NCBI GenBank assembly: GCA_965215515.1
Contig: OZ244057.1
Location: forward strand, 1,120,001-1,184,000
DNA: 64,000 bases
Source: Oligoflexales bacterium
Lineage (GTDB): Bacteria; Bdellovibrionota_B; Oligoflexia; Oligoflexales; JAPPIL01
Direction of reading: 5' to 3'
Below the pieces are notes generated by a model that did no database searches, was not told the DNA's origin, and worked only from the letters and a program-made list of their open reading frames with translations. Within the stretch, counting starts at the first letter, position 1; every line of letters starts with the position of its first letter. Both the position numbers and the translations under genes were made by a program. Below are positions 9,803 through 19,713 of this stretch, piece after piece.

Positions 9803-11446
9803 TTATTTGGCGATCGCGTAGTACTTGAGCAGAATACGATCGGAGACATTGCCCGCCCAGTTCTGCAATTTACCATCGACACTATACATCTTCACCTTCG
9901 GCGAAATAAGACTGTTGTTAGTGTAAAAATATATCGGCATGATCGCCATCTCTTCCATCAAAATATCCTCCGCCTGACGAAAGTACTGGAGACGTTTGGC
10001 ATGCACCTTTTCTGCCGCCGCCATCTTGATATACTTGTCGTAGCCCTTATGAGAAAAACCTAGATCATTGTTGCCACCTCCTGTGACGTACATGTCGAGG
10101 AAGGTATTAGGGTCGGGGTAATCACCGATCCAACCAGCACGTGAGATACTGTAGTTGAGATCTCTGACCGTGTTTAAGAAAACTTTCCACTCTTGGTTGA
10201 GGATGCCGATCTCGATGCCGAGATGTTTTTTCCACATCTGCTGAATAGCGACGGCGATCTTCTTATGTCCTTCGCTGGTGTTGTAGAGCAGGTCGATTTT
10301 GGGAAACCCTTTTCCGTCAGGATAACCCGCCTCCTTCAGCAAACGCTGTGCGGTGGCGATGTCCTGCTTACTGGGCGAATCATTGATGAAGGTGCGCGGA
10401 TAGGTATAGCCCGCCGTGTCAGGAGGTACAAACGACCACGCGGGGATCTGATCGCCTTTGGCAATCCTGTCAACGATTAGACGACGATCGATTGTCAGCG
10501 CCAACGCCCGTCGCACCCGCTTATCGTCGGTGGGTTTCTTGGTGACGTTGAAACGGTAGTAATAAGTGCCCAACATCGGGGATGATCGGTACACGGCGTT
10601 TTGGGGGTCGCGCTGCTTGAGTTTTTTGTAGTGCGGAATCTTGAGCGACGGCACAGTACCAGTCATGTGCAGTTGCCCGCTGAGGAAAGCCTTCTCCTCG
10701 GTGTTTTCGTTTTCAATCGGCATGAAGTAAGCGGCGGTTATCTTCACCCTGTCCTTATCCCAATAGTGCTCGTTGGGGACGAGCTTGATGTGTTTGTTCA
10801 GCCGCCACTCGGCAAGCTTGAACGGACCGTTGCTGACCATTTTGCCTTCCTTCGTCCACTCCTTCTGGTGTTTTGCGATAACATGGCGTGGCACGGGGTA
10901 GAGGGTGTGAAACGAGGTCAAGTTAAGAAAATACGGAGTCGGTTGTGCGAGGGTCACTACCAGCGTGTGTGCGTCCCGTGCGACGACACCTAGTTGCTGT
11001 GCGTCTTTGAGTTTCCCTTTATTGTAGGCCTCGCCATTTTTGATGTAGTAGAGCTGATAGGCGTACTCTGAGGCGGTCTCGGGGGCGAGGGTACGTCGCC
11101 ACGAGTAGACGAAATCGTGTGCGTCGAGCTTCCTGCCATCCGACCACTTGAGGTTTTTACGCAGTTTGAAGGTGTAGACCTTGCCATCAGCAGAAATCTG
11201 CCACGACTCCGCCGCCCCTGGCAGCGGCTGCAGCGTGAACGGATCGTAAGAACACAGCCCCTCAAACAGATTGTCCTCGATGTGCGATTCGGGCACTCCC
11301 GTGGAAGTGGCAGGATCGAGTTCGCGTGGCTCAGTACCGTTGCCGATGCGGATCTCTTGCTTGTCGGCGAGATTCACTGCTGTGGCAGACAGGGTGAACG
11401 ATAGGCAGATGAGCAGAGTACTGAGGGTAACAAGTAATCCTTTCAC
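9803..11446 (-). CDS. oppA: oligopeptide ABC transporter substrate-binding protein
   Basis: GTG start after GGAGAGG RBS, signal peptide, EPRELDP, LFEGL, SNGPFKL, RAGWIGDYPDP. The upstream part of the 768-aa ORF is antisense to truA. Confidence 0.92.
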   Translation of the reverse strand: MKGLLVTLSTLLICLSFTLSATAVNLADKQEIRIGNGTEPRELDPATSTGVPESHIEDNLFEGLCSYDPFTLQPLPGAAESWQISADGKVYTFKLRKNLKWSDGRKLDAHDFVYSWRRTLAPETASEYAYQLYYIKNGEAYNKGKLKDAQQLGVVARDAHTLVVTLAQPTPYFLNLTSFHTLYPVPRHVIAKHQKEWTKEGKMVSNGPFKLAEWRLNKHIKLVPNEHYWDKDRVKITAAYFMPIENENTEEKAFLSGQLHMTGTVPSLKIPHYKKLKQRDPQNAVYRSSPMLGTYYYRFNVTKKPTDDKRVRRALALTIDRRLIVDRIAKGDQIPAWSFVPPDTAGYTYPRTFINDSPSKQDIATAQRLLKEAGYPDGKGFPKIDLLYNTSEGHKKIAVAIQQMWKKHLGIEIGILNQEWKVFLNTVRDLNYSISRAGWIGDYPDPNTFLDMYVTGGGNNDLGFSHKGYDKYIKMAAAEKVHAKRLQYFRQAEDILMEEMAIMPIYFYTNNSLISPKVKMYSVDGKLQNWAGNVSDRILLKYYAIAK

Positions 11447-11575
11447 GGCAAATCCTCTCCAGATCAAGGTTGACAGGTCGAGCCTTTTACGGACAGTAGA
11501 GCGAGGAACAACTGCCCTCGCCAAACCATCGAGTATAGTCGAGGTCGTTGTTCTCCGCAAGTAGCAGGTGACAAC

Positions 11576-12319
11576 ATGTACAAATATCGCCTCCGTCTGG
11601 CCTACGATGGCACCGATTTCTGTGGCTGGCAACGGCAGCCGCACGGTAATAGCGTGCAACAAACAATCAGCAGTGCACTCGGTAAGATTCTCGCGGGGGA
11701 CACGGTACGACTGCTCGCCGCGGGGCGTACCGACCGTGGGGTACATGCAGAAGGACAGGTGGCGGTGTTCGACAGCGCACGGGTGCTCGATCCTTTGAGA
11801 GTACAGCGCAGTCTCAATGCCATGCTCGCGCCGCGCATTTGCGTGCGTGCCTGTGACACAGTGCCCGCACACTTTCACCCGATCTACGACGCACAAGCAA
11901 AAATCTATCGCTATCGTGTGCGCACCACCCCCCAACATTGCCCCTTCACCTGTGCCTACGAATGGCATGTACCCCGCCCGCTCGCCGTGTCTGCCATGCG
12001 CCGTGCCGCCGCACCGCTGGTGGGTAAACATGACTTCACTTCGTTCTGTGCCACCGATAGCCACGCCCGCACTAAGGTACGCACCCTGCACGAACTGCGC
12101 GTTGTGCACGATGCGGAAACGATCGAGCTGTGGTTCACAGGTGATGGGTTTTTGAAACAGATGGTGCGCACCATCACAGGCACGCTGGTCGCTATCGGCT
12201 CAGGACGAGCACTCGACTGCGCCGCCATCCTACAACGCCGTGCCCGCCAGGCCGCCGCAGCTACCGCCCCCGCCCGCGGCTTGACCCTGATGCAAGTGGT
12301 GTATCGTGGGTGCGTGTAA
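11576..12319 (+). CDS. truA: tRNA pseudouridine(38-40) synthase
   Basis: AYDGTDFCGWQRQ, AGRTDRGVHA, GKHDFTSF, GFLKQMVR, TAPARGL. Confidence 0.97.
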   Translation: MYKYRLRLAYDGTDFCGWQRQPHGNSVQQTISSALGKILAGDTVRLLAAGRTDRGVHAEGQVAVFDSARVLDPLRVQRSLNAMLAPRICVRACDTVPAHFHPIYDAQAKIYRYRVRTTPQHCPFTCAYEWHVPRPLAVSAMRRAAAPLVGKHDFTSFCATDSHARTKVRTLHELRVVHDAETIELWFTGDGFLKQMVRTITGTLVAIGSGRALDCAAILQRRARQAAAATAPARGLTLMQVVYRGCV

Positions 12320-12350
12320 CGCATTATCATTATTAACAAAGATAAAATAT

Positions 12351-12378
12351 TGACATAAAATTTAAAACTCTATACAAG
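12351..12378 (+). promoter_or_regulatory. putative sigma70 promoter of the 12406 gene
   Basis: Perfect TTGACA in an AT-rich intergenic stretch, weak -10 (TACAAG), then GGAGG RBS. Confidence 0.35.
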
Positions 12379-12405
12379 GGGCGTGGATGATATTTGGAGG
12401 TAACG

Positions 12406-13827
12406 ATGAAAATTGTTGTGTTGCTCATTGCGGTAGGGTTGGCTTTAGGTGGTGTAGTCGAGGCTAAACGTCTTAAAAGCACTCCCATCACGGACAAAGC
12501 TGTGCGAGACTTAATGCGCGCGCAAGCGTCACCCGTGCTCGCTGCTTTGCGGGAAGGGAACGTGGTTGTCGCCGCGGTAGGTGCTGCCTCTTCTCTTCGA
12601 TCTGGCTTCGCTTTACACCCGCTGCCCGTCATCGGTGACAGGCAGAGTATCATCGATACTTTGAAGACAGTAGTGAACAGACGGGAGGACAATATCGGTT
12701 ACGTCTTTGTGCCCACGGCAAGCGGTGGCATAGAGCAATACGAATATTCTTATTACACCAGCACCCTCCTCGAATGGGTGGAAATTGCAGGTGAAAAGAT
12801 AAACATACCACTCACACCTGCTGATGTTTTGTTGCTATCTGATAGTTATACACTAAAAGGAGTGAAAGATGCTTTACGGGAAAACCACTTCTACATGGAG
12901 CATTACGACTGGTATGGAAAAGCATCGGTGCGTTACTTAAAAGAGCTGAACGAGTTGCGTGCTGAGTCAGAGAGCGAGTTCCCCGCGCGGTTACGGAATA
13001 GATTGCACCGTCATATGCGCGGCGAGAAAGTTCTCACCGCTGCAGATTTAAGAAAAATTGATGCTCTTATCGAACCTAGTCATTTTAAACAGTGGCGAAG
13101 ATGGCAGGCTAGCTTAGCGGCGCTAAAAGCAGAGCTGACGGCAGAGACGTTGCTGGATGGCCTGCTGAGCGGCAAGCTGGCGAGAGACAATTTTACCGCC
13201 GCGCAAGTCGAGATGGCTGAGCGCATCGTAAGGCTGAAGAACGCCAAAATTGCCAACATAAAAAAGACCATCGAGGGTGGCTTAAACCGTGGAGATAGCA
13301 TTATTATCGACGATGCAAAGATTCTCGCTTACTTCAAAAAACATCAAGACACATTGCGGCACAAAGGCATCGTGATCGCGGTGATGGCAAAGGAATTTAT
13401 CCCCGATAGTGAGACCCTCGACCTTGACGAAAACTATGTGATCGCTGTCGGTGTCCGATTGGGGAAGAGAATAGGCATTATGAAGAAAAACTTAGCAAAT
13501 GATACCGAACACTTCATACATAAAATCATCCCCGCACAAAGTCATATCGATGGCAAGTCAACCGCTGTCTACACCCTGCGCGATCCTGATATTAACGACA
13601 AAATACTTACCTACTTCGAAGAACACCGCGCCGCGCTGCGGGGAGAGGGCATTGCGATCACGGCGATGGCCAAAGAACTCGGCCTTAGGAGCGGGAACAT
13701 GTTGGGGGCGATAATAAGAGCTATGCGGCAAGACCTCAAACACGATAAGGAACACCTTATCAACAGGATTATCTCACAACGAAAGTCGCGTGGAGATGAA
13801 ACGATCTCCTTCTACCGCTTGCCTTGA
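12406..13827 (+). CDS. hypothetical secreted protein with two C-terminal repeats
   Basis: Signal peptide MKIVVLLIAVGLALGGVVEA; duplicated KILxYFxxHxxxLRxxGIxIxxMAKE unit. Confidence 0.75.
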   Translation: MKIVVLLIAVGLALGGVVEAKRLKSTPITDKAVRDLMRAQASPVLAALREGNVVVAAVGAASSLRSGFALHPLPVIGDRQSIIDTLKTVVNRREDNIGYVFVPTASGGIEQYEYSYYTSTLLEWVEIAGEKINIPLTPADVLLLSDSYTLKGVKDALRENHFYMEHYDWYGKASVRYLKELNELRAESESEFPARLRNRLHRHMRGEKVLTAADLRKIDALIEPSHFKQWRRWQASLAALKAELTAETLLDGLLSGKLARDNFTAAQVEMAERIVRLKNAKIANIKKTIEGGLNRGDSIIIDDAKILAYFKKHQDTLRHKGIVIAVMAKEFIPDSETLDLDENYVIAVGVRLGKRIGIMKKNLANDTEHFIHKIIPAQSHIDGKSTAVYTLRDPDINDKILTYFEEHRAALRGEGIAITAMAKELGLRSGNMLGAIIRAMRQDLKHDKEHLINRIISQRKSRGDETISFYRLP

Positions 13828-13864
13828 TACTGCCACGCCGCGCACACCACCTGCACAGCCTGTC

Positions 13865-15313
13865 TCAACGCAGCAGCAGTGCACGAATGCCCTCGATCAC
13901 TAAGCGCGGCTCGTAGATTGCGGGAGCGAGATACGGCATGGCATACCGCCCTAACCCGCCGCTGATGACGATTGTCGGTCTATGCAGGCGGGTGGCTAGA
14001 TGGCGGATATACTCGACCTGACTGTGCAAGATACCGCGCGCAATCGCCGCGGCGGTCGTGCGACCGCAGGCGGGGCTGGCCGTGCTGAAGAGCTGGCGTG
14101 GGGCTAGTTCGGTGTAATCACACAAGGCTTGTCGCGCAGTTTCAAGACCAGGCAAGATATAGCCGCCCTCGTGGTAACCTGCCTTCACAACATCGATAGT
14201 GGTTGCCGTGCCGAAGTTAACCACCAAGCCTGTCTCGTGGCGGCGAGTGGCAAGGTAAGCTTCGAGTGCCGCGAGACGATCGCAACCGAGTTGCTCAACA
14301 GCATAGGCGGAGCGCACCCGAAAGGGCCTGTGGTGCAGTGCTACCACTTCTAAATCCTGCCGTACCGCTTGTTCTCGCAACAGAGCACAGTGTGCATGAT
14401 TGACCACCGCAGCGTAAATCACCCACTTGCCTTCACCGTCCAACAAGGCACGCAGTGCACGCAAGGCGGCCGCGAGATCGCGCACGCGCGGCGGGGAAGT
14501 TACCTCCCGCACGATCTTATCGTGCTTGAACAACACCAGCTTGAGGGTAGAGTTGCCCACATCGGCGACCAGCAAAGGGCTGCGCGCTGGTTGTTGATAA
14601 GCGAGACGATAAGCGGGTGATGAAGATAACAGTTCTTCCGTCTTTCCTGTCCGTAAACTCATGAGCCGCAAGTACCCCCACGCGTGCGGTTGACGCAAAA
14701 AAAATTCTGTGTCGCGCCGCCACAGTTCGGGCGCGGCAGAAGTAAAACGCTCCTGACGGGCGAGAGCCGCATCTTCTGTCAGCGACTCAGCCAGCTGTGC
14801 GGTACAATAGTGCGCCAGTTGTTCGCCATACACCGCGACATCGCCTTCATCGCCGCTGATTTCTCGCATACTGGTCGCCTGTGCTTGCAATTCCAGCGGC
14901 ACAACATTGACGTTGAGACCGATGCCGATAATGACATAACGCCACCGTTCACCCTGCCACGCCCCTTCGCACAGGATACCGCCGAGTTTTTTCCCGTGGT
15001 AAAGAATATCATTCGGCCATTTGCAACTCGCAACAATCCCTTGCGTCTGTAGCCACTCACAGACCAGTGCGGCCACCAACAATGCGAGCCCGTGCCGCAG
15101 ACGAGGCTGTATCGCTAACGAGAGGTAGAGGTTGCCGCGCGGACTCAACCACACCCGTCCTCCCTGCCCTTTCCCCGCACTCTGCACGGCAGCTAACACA
15201 GCAAAGGGCAACGCACGCCCCTGCTGTACTTCTTGCCAGGCTAACGCTACCGTCGAAACCGTATGCTCGACACGTATTATCGATAATGTACGTTGTCGCT
15301 CACTCGCTCGGAT
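13865..15313 (-). CDS. birA-coaX: bifunctional biotin-protein ligase / type III pantothenate kinase fusion
   Basis: BirA: QSAGKGQGGRVWLSP, KWPNDI, KKLGGILCE. CoaX: DVGNS, LGCDR, FGTATTID, GGYILPG. First canonical start is TTG 15211, but the frame and homology extend to about 15313. Confidence 0.88.
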   Translation of the reverse strand: MRASERQRTLSIIRVEHTVSTVALAWQEVQQGRALPFAVLAAVQSAGKGQGGRVWLSPRGNLYLSLAIQPRLRHGLALLVAALVCEWLQTQGIVASCKWPNDILYHGKKLGGILCEGAWQGERWRYVIIGIGLNVNVVPLELQAQATSMREISGDEGDVAVYGEQLAHYCTAQLAESLTEDAALARQERFTSAAPELWRRDTEFFLRQPHAWGYLRLMSLRTGKTEELLSSSPAYRLAYQQPARSPLLVADVGNSTLKLVLFKHDKIVREVTSPPRVRDLAAALRALRALLDGEGKWVIYAAVVNHAHCALLREQAVRQDLEVVALHHRPFRVRSAYAVEQLGCDRLAALEAYLATRRHETGLVVNFGTATTIDVVKAGYHEGGYILPGLETARQALCDYTELAPRQLFSTASPACGRTTAAAIARGILHSQVEYIRHLATRLHRPTIVISGGLGRYAMPYLAPAIYEPRLVIEGIRALLLR

Positions 15314-16076
15314 ACCTTTCCTCCCCCCAGGTAAAGGTAAGCGCTAGTCGATGATCCTTGCCGCGCAACTCGCGATCGTTGCAGTCTTTCGGGCTAATAG
15401 TCACCTCAGGTCTGGCGGAATCTTTGTCAGAGCCTAAGTTGAGGAACAGGGGGTCTTCTTCGGTGACCACACACAGGTGCTGTGCCCGAACAATGCCCTT
15501 GCTCACGCGCAGCTCGGCACTGTGCTGGTAGTCAAACCACCATCCTCTGGGGCGCTTGAAGGTGCATTTAAGTTTTATCTCACCCAGATCACGCACCGTT
15601 TTATCCCCGCTACCACACAACGATCTGTAGTCAGTGTTACCCGACACCGTAAGATTTTTTACAAAAGTGAAACCAGCGGAGCACCCCTTGATCTCGCAGC
15701 TCAATTCGACCGCAGCCCCTCCTGTATACAGACAAGCGTGGCACTGCGCATGAACATTGATGTCGCTCAATGCACGCTCGTCGCGCAAGGCGGGGGGCTG
15801 AACGGTTAATGTTCCTCCTTCGGTGCCCGAATCATGCGTGATACCGTCTGTATCGCTGTTGTCGGTTGGATCTGCATCAGGATCAGAACGCTCAGAGTCA
15901 GAGGGTGGGGGAGATTCCTCATAAGACATCCCCGTGTTGCCAGCTCCTACACCTACTACCAGCGGCACGTCAGTGTGAGTTGGCGTAGGTGTCCCATCGG
16001 CATCAGGCTCCTCGATCCCGCGGGATGACTGGAGGCAGGAACTCAGGATGCACAAAAAACATAGACAGCGCATCAT
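15300..16076 (-). CDS. orphan lipoprotein, acidic linker and Cys-rich C-terminus
   Basis: Lipobox-like ILSSC; start overlaps the stop of the upstream gene. Confidence 0.65.
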   Translation of the reverse strand: MMRCLCFLCILSSCLQSSRGIEEPDADGTPTPTHTDVPLVVGVGAGNTGMSYEESPPPSDSERSDPDADPTDNSDTDGITHDSGTEGGTLTVQPPALRDERALSDINVHAQCHACLYTGGAAVELSCEIKGCSAGFTFVKNLTVSGNTDYRSLCGSGDKTVRDLGEIKLKCTFKRPRGWWFDYQHSAELRVSKGIVRAQHLCVVTEEDPLFLNLGSDKDSARPEVTISPKDCNDRELRGKDHRLALTFTWGEERYPSE

Positions 16077-17014
16077 CGTTGTTTTGGCGCGAAAGTTATT
16101 TTGATGTACTGATTTTGCGTGGTACACGCGGCGAGTGTATCTGTCGCAGCTTCTGCGTTAGCAGCGACACATATCCCAGGCGGTCGCCACTTATGGCTAT
16201 CATCCCCGTCATCATAATATGTATCTGTCATTGTTATACCATCATGAGCACAGCTGAATACTGCGGAAAAAGACCCTACCGTGCCATTAAAAGCAGTGTA
16301 GCTGTTAGATACATCAACAAGTGCACTACCATCAGCAAATTTTTCTCCAGTGCCCCCCGCACTACAGGTCACTTCTCCATCCAACTTCCATTCGGCCATG
16401 ATCTTCACCTCAGACAGATTGGTGTTCTTGTCAATGCCACCGATAACGCACTCACCCTCGTCAAAACAGGTTGAAGAAATTTCGACATCATCTCTGCGAC
16501 AAGCGAATGTTTTCAGGTCATCTCCCTCTCCCGCGACGAGAGACCAGTCTTCCTCTGCAACACAGGCGGAGGCGAACTGCTGCACGATAGAAGCCCTACC
16601 TCCTTGAGAAGCTCCACCTCCTTGCGACGCATATCCGCCCCCATTGTCTGGCGCATAGCAATACTTACCACCGTCGTCTCTCCGCCACAGCAAGGTCATC
16701 TTACCTAAGGGCACGCTCCGCCGCAAGCAAGTGTAGGTGTTTTCCTCTAACCGAAAAGACACGTGCAGATCAGAGAATTGCAACATACCCGTGATCTCCT
16801 GTTCTGTGTGCAGCGCTACTTGGTGCAGGATATAGGGGATGGCTGTCGCTTGGTGACAGTTTGTATCTTGACAGAGCTTGACCGCGGTTTTGCTAACGTC
16901 TGTGGCATCAAAGACCACATCGCCCACCTGCAAAACTTCTTTTGCTTGCTGTACCGACTCTTCCTGCAAACAGCTGACATGCAACAACAGCAGCGCGATC
17001 ATCCAGCTGTACAT
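16073..17014 (-). CDS. orphan Cys-rich lipoprotein
   Basis: Lipobox-like LHVSC; many Cys residues; part of a coupled array. Confidence 0.7.
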   Translation of the reverse strand: MYSWMIALLLLHVSCLQEESVQQAKEVLQVGDVVFDATDVSKTAVKLCQDTNCHQATAIPYILHQVALHTEQEITGMLQFSDLHVSFRLEENTYTCLRRSVPLGKMTLLWRRDDGGKYCYAPDNGGGYASQGGGASQGGRASIVQQFASACVAEEDWSLVAGEGDDLKTFACRRDDVEISSTCFDEGECVIGGIDKNTNLSEVKIMAEWKLDGEVTCSAGGTGEKFADGSALVDVSNSYTAFNGTVGSFSAVFSCAHDGITMTDTYYDDGDDSHKWRPPGICVAANAEAATDTLAACTTQNQYIKITFAPKQR

Positions 17015-17529
17015 AGCCGCAAGCCCCCTTCTTGTTGCTCGAGCGTACCCTCGTGAGTGCTTACATCTAGCGGCGGGGTTTTAGCTTGCAATAGTGCTTG
17101 TTTGAGTACCGCGGGGTTTACACCCCGTGGCCACCGCAAGACCTCCGTCAGCGGGGTCGCGGTACAATAACTCTCTCCCCCTACCGCAAAAGCCAATAGC
17201 AAGTTAGTCTCCGTGCCGATGGCTTGCGGTGTTGTGCTGAAAGCTTGCGGCGTAGCGGCAGCAAAAATACCGTCAGCACTGTAAGCCTTGCTTACCAGCA
17301 TCAGCATCGGCACACCCTGCGCGGAAAGGCGCAACACCTGCGGCTGGTAGCCATGCGCATCGTGCTGCAAAACATGATAAAACCTCTCCCCCTGTGCGAC
17401 AACCTGATCGCCAGCACTAGACGCATCTTGCTTGTGTTCCTTATTGTACACCGTGGGGGCTCGCTGGCGCGGCTTACCGGTGCAAGCAAACAACGACAGG
17501 GCGATAACGAACAGTAGACCGTGCCACAT
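16999..17529 (-). CDS. orphan lipoprotein
   Basis: Lipobox LFAC. Confidence 0.7.
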   Translation of the reverse strand: MWHGLLFVIALSLFACTGKPRQRAPTVYNKEHKQDASSAGDQVVAQGERFYHVLQHDAHGYQPQVLRLSAQGVPMLMLVSKAYSADGIFAAATPQAFSTTPQAIGTETNLLLAFAVGGESYCTATPLTEVLRWPRGVNPAVLKQALLQAKTPPLDVSTHEGTLEQQEGGLRLCTAG

Positions 17530-17581
17530 TGCTTATCTCTTAACTTTAATGTTAATTTTCAGCACCGTTGTCCGTACCTAT

Positions 17582-18376
17582 TTATTTTTCTAGACACGCA
17601 CGGATACCACCAGGATCCGTGGTTTGCAGCGCAAGAACCTCCGACGCTTCATCAATCCGCGGGCCGCTATCGCCATCGCCATTGGCGGTCATGCGTTCTT
17701 TAAACACGGTGATGAAGTCAGCAAACTCGCTTGCCTGCTGCACACACTCACGCACCTTGCCATCGAGACATTTTTCGTTGTTGTTGTCAGCGCCTTCCAC
17801 CAAGCAAGAGGCGCGCAGCTCCACCTTACTATCATTACTATCGTTCGTCTCGCTGAGATCGCAGGCAAAATCCTTCCCCTCCAGAAAGATAAACCTACTC
17901 TCACCATCCCCAGTTGCTGTGACACAGTGCTTAGCCAGCTGGCGCACATAATCATTTGTGCCTTCTTCGACAAAACAATCGGGATTGTCTTTTGTTAGTG
18001 CACTGATGGTATGTTGTGCACCGAGATGGACATCGTACAGATGACAGGTGAAGATAAGATTGCTGCTATCACTAGCTTTTTTCCACGCCAAGACGATATG
18101 CTCGAAGCTAAGAGACGGGTTGAGCTGCACACTCCTACCTTGCAACTGTAAATTTTGTACCTCATGTCCCTCATATTCTAGGGCATATATTAGCGCGGGC
18201 ATCGCCTCATCCCTCCAACGTGGCACATCTTGCATCACCTTTGCTCCTGCAAGCTCCATCTGCAGATAGATACGCCTGTCCCCGCTTACACCAGACGCGA
18301 GGTCAGCTGTCGTATCGCTTGGCGGTTGACAGGCGATCAGCGACAACAGCACCCCTACCCGCATTATTGGCCGCAT
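17582..18376 (-). CDS. orphan Cys-rich lipoprotein
   Basis: Lipobox LIAC. Confidence 0.7.
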   Translation of the reverse strand: MRPIMRVGVLLSLIACQPPSDTTADLASGVSGDRRIYLQMELAGAKVMQDVPRWRDEAMPALIYALEYEGHEVQNLQLQGRSVQLNPSLSFEHIVLAWKKASDSSNLIFTCHLYDVHLGAQHTISALTKDNPDCFVEEGTNDYVRQLAKHCVTATGDGESRFIFLEGKDFACDLSETNDSNDSKVELRASCLVEGADNNNEKCLDGKVRECVQQASEFADFITVFKERMTANGDGDSGPRIDEASEVLALQTTDPGGIRACLEK

Positions 18377-19062
18377 TCCGCCACCTCCATAACTGTCCTG
18401 CCCTGCTCGTAGCGGTGATTTATCTCCGTAGTAGCACAGTAAGTTTTTCTATCAAACTCGAAGCTTAACTCGACAGGAATTTTCACCGCCGAGAGCCCCA
18501 TCTTACTCTTGGTGAAATCTTCCCCGAAGTCGAACACCAGTGACTGACCTTCTCCACCGTAGGTTAATCTGCCAAGTTGTACCTCTTCAACGTGCCCAAA
18601 GGTGAAGTTAAGGCGCACCCCCTGCCATTTTTTGTTGGGCAGATCATGATTCACCGCGGGCACTGTGCCGATATCAACCTCCTCCTGCGTGTCCCCACCA
18701 ATCGTCTGTCCTACCCGCTCCAGAGCCATCTCAAGAACACTATGCCGTTGCCGTTGTGCAGCATTAGCCTGACCTGCTCTTATCTGTGCGTAGAGTCGCT
18801 CACTTTCTGCTTTTAACCCTGCCACCTCTTGTTGCGCTGCGGCGGTATCTTGTTGTGTGATTCTCCTGACGATCGCCCCCGCGTCGTCATGATAGCTGAC
18901 CGCGTTTTCCTCCCTGAGACAGGTGCCTGTGACAGGGTCTGGATGTGCGCAAGTAACGCCCTGCTTCTCCTTGGCGCAGCCGCTGACTAGCAGTGCCACT
19001 GCAAATAATTTTCCTGCCACACCTATCCCCACAGCAAAAACCCCCGCCTCCGAGCCACGCAT
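18364..19062 (-). CDS. orphan lipoprotein with short coiled coil
   Basis: Lipobox VSGC. Confidence 0.7.
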   Translation of the reverse strand: MRGSEAGVFAVGIGVAGKLFAVALLVSGCAKEKQGVTCAHPDPVTGTCLREENAVSYHDDAGAIVRRITQQDTAAAQQEVAGLKAESERLYAQIRAGQANAAQRQRHSVLEMALERVGQTIGGDTQEEVDIGTVPAVNHDLPNKKWQGVRLNFTFGHVEEVQLGRLTYGGEGQSLVFDFGEDFTKSKMGLSAVKIPVELSFEFDRKTYCATTEINHRYEQGRTVMEVAECGQ

Positions 19063-19128
19063 CGGTGCATTGGGACATTGACTTTAGCTTTTTAAAAAAT
19101 TTCCGCGGTATCGCCCCTGACCCTTGCC

Positions 19129-19476
19129 CTAAATCGGCTGGGGACGCGTCAGGTAAAGTAAAAATCCGCCGACGAGTGCCACACCACCCCAGATAACTAG
19201 CAGTCCACGCAGGCCTTCCCGTTGCAAAAAAACTGTTATTGCCATAACATCATCTACTGTCCGCTCGATGCTCGCCATTTCTTCGACATTGAGCTTGCGA
19301 TCATCCTGTGTTTCTTTGCCTAGCTCGGTAAACTTGGCCAACAGTACCTCGCGGATCTCTCCCGCGGGCGTGTCCTTGAGACTATGAGCTGCACCTGCCA
19401 GTGCGAGCATCACAAGATTGAACAGGACAAACAACAACAGGACAATTTTTCCCAGCGCATCTCTGCCAGTCTGCAT
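19129..19476 (-). CDS. small two-TM membrane protein
   Basis: GAGGAGG RBS; hydrophobic N- and C-terminal segments. Confidence 0.65.
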   Translation of the reverse strand: MQTGRDALGKIVLLLFVLFNLVMLALAGAAHSLKDTPAGEIREVLLAKFTELGKETQDDRKLNVEEMASIERTVDDVMAITVFLQREGLRGLLVIWGGVALVGGFLLYLTRPQPI

Positions 19477-19713
19477 ATCAGTCCTCCTCGAGTAAACACA
19501 CCCATCACTGTCAAATCATAGTCGCGACCTGAGTTCTGTACTATTATGACATGTTCTTAGCCACAAGGGACAACCTTCTTCTACGCGGCAAAATTTTCCT
19601 CCCCTGACCTCCGCACTCACGACGCTAGGCACGCGTTTTTTGTCTGTATGCGGTGAGGCGTTCCCCCTCAACAAAGACGAACAACACTGCTATAATGAGC
19701 GCGGGGGTGGAGT

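Noticed and set aside
11447..12109. N-terminal 220 aa of the 768-aa OppA ORF
   Set aside because: Mostly an antisense shadow of truA; a good RBS and signal peptide begin at 11446.
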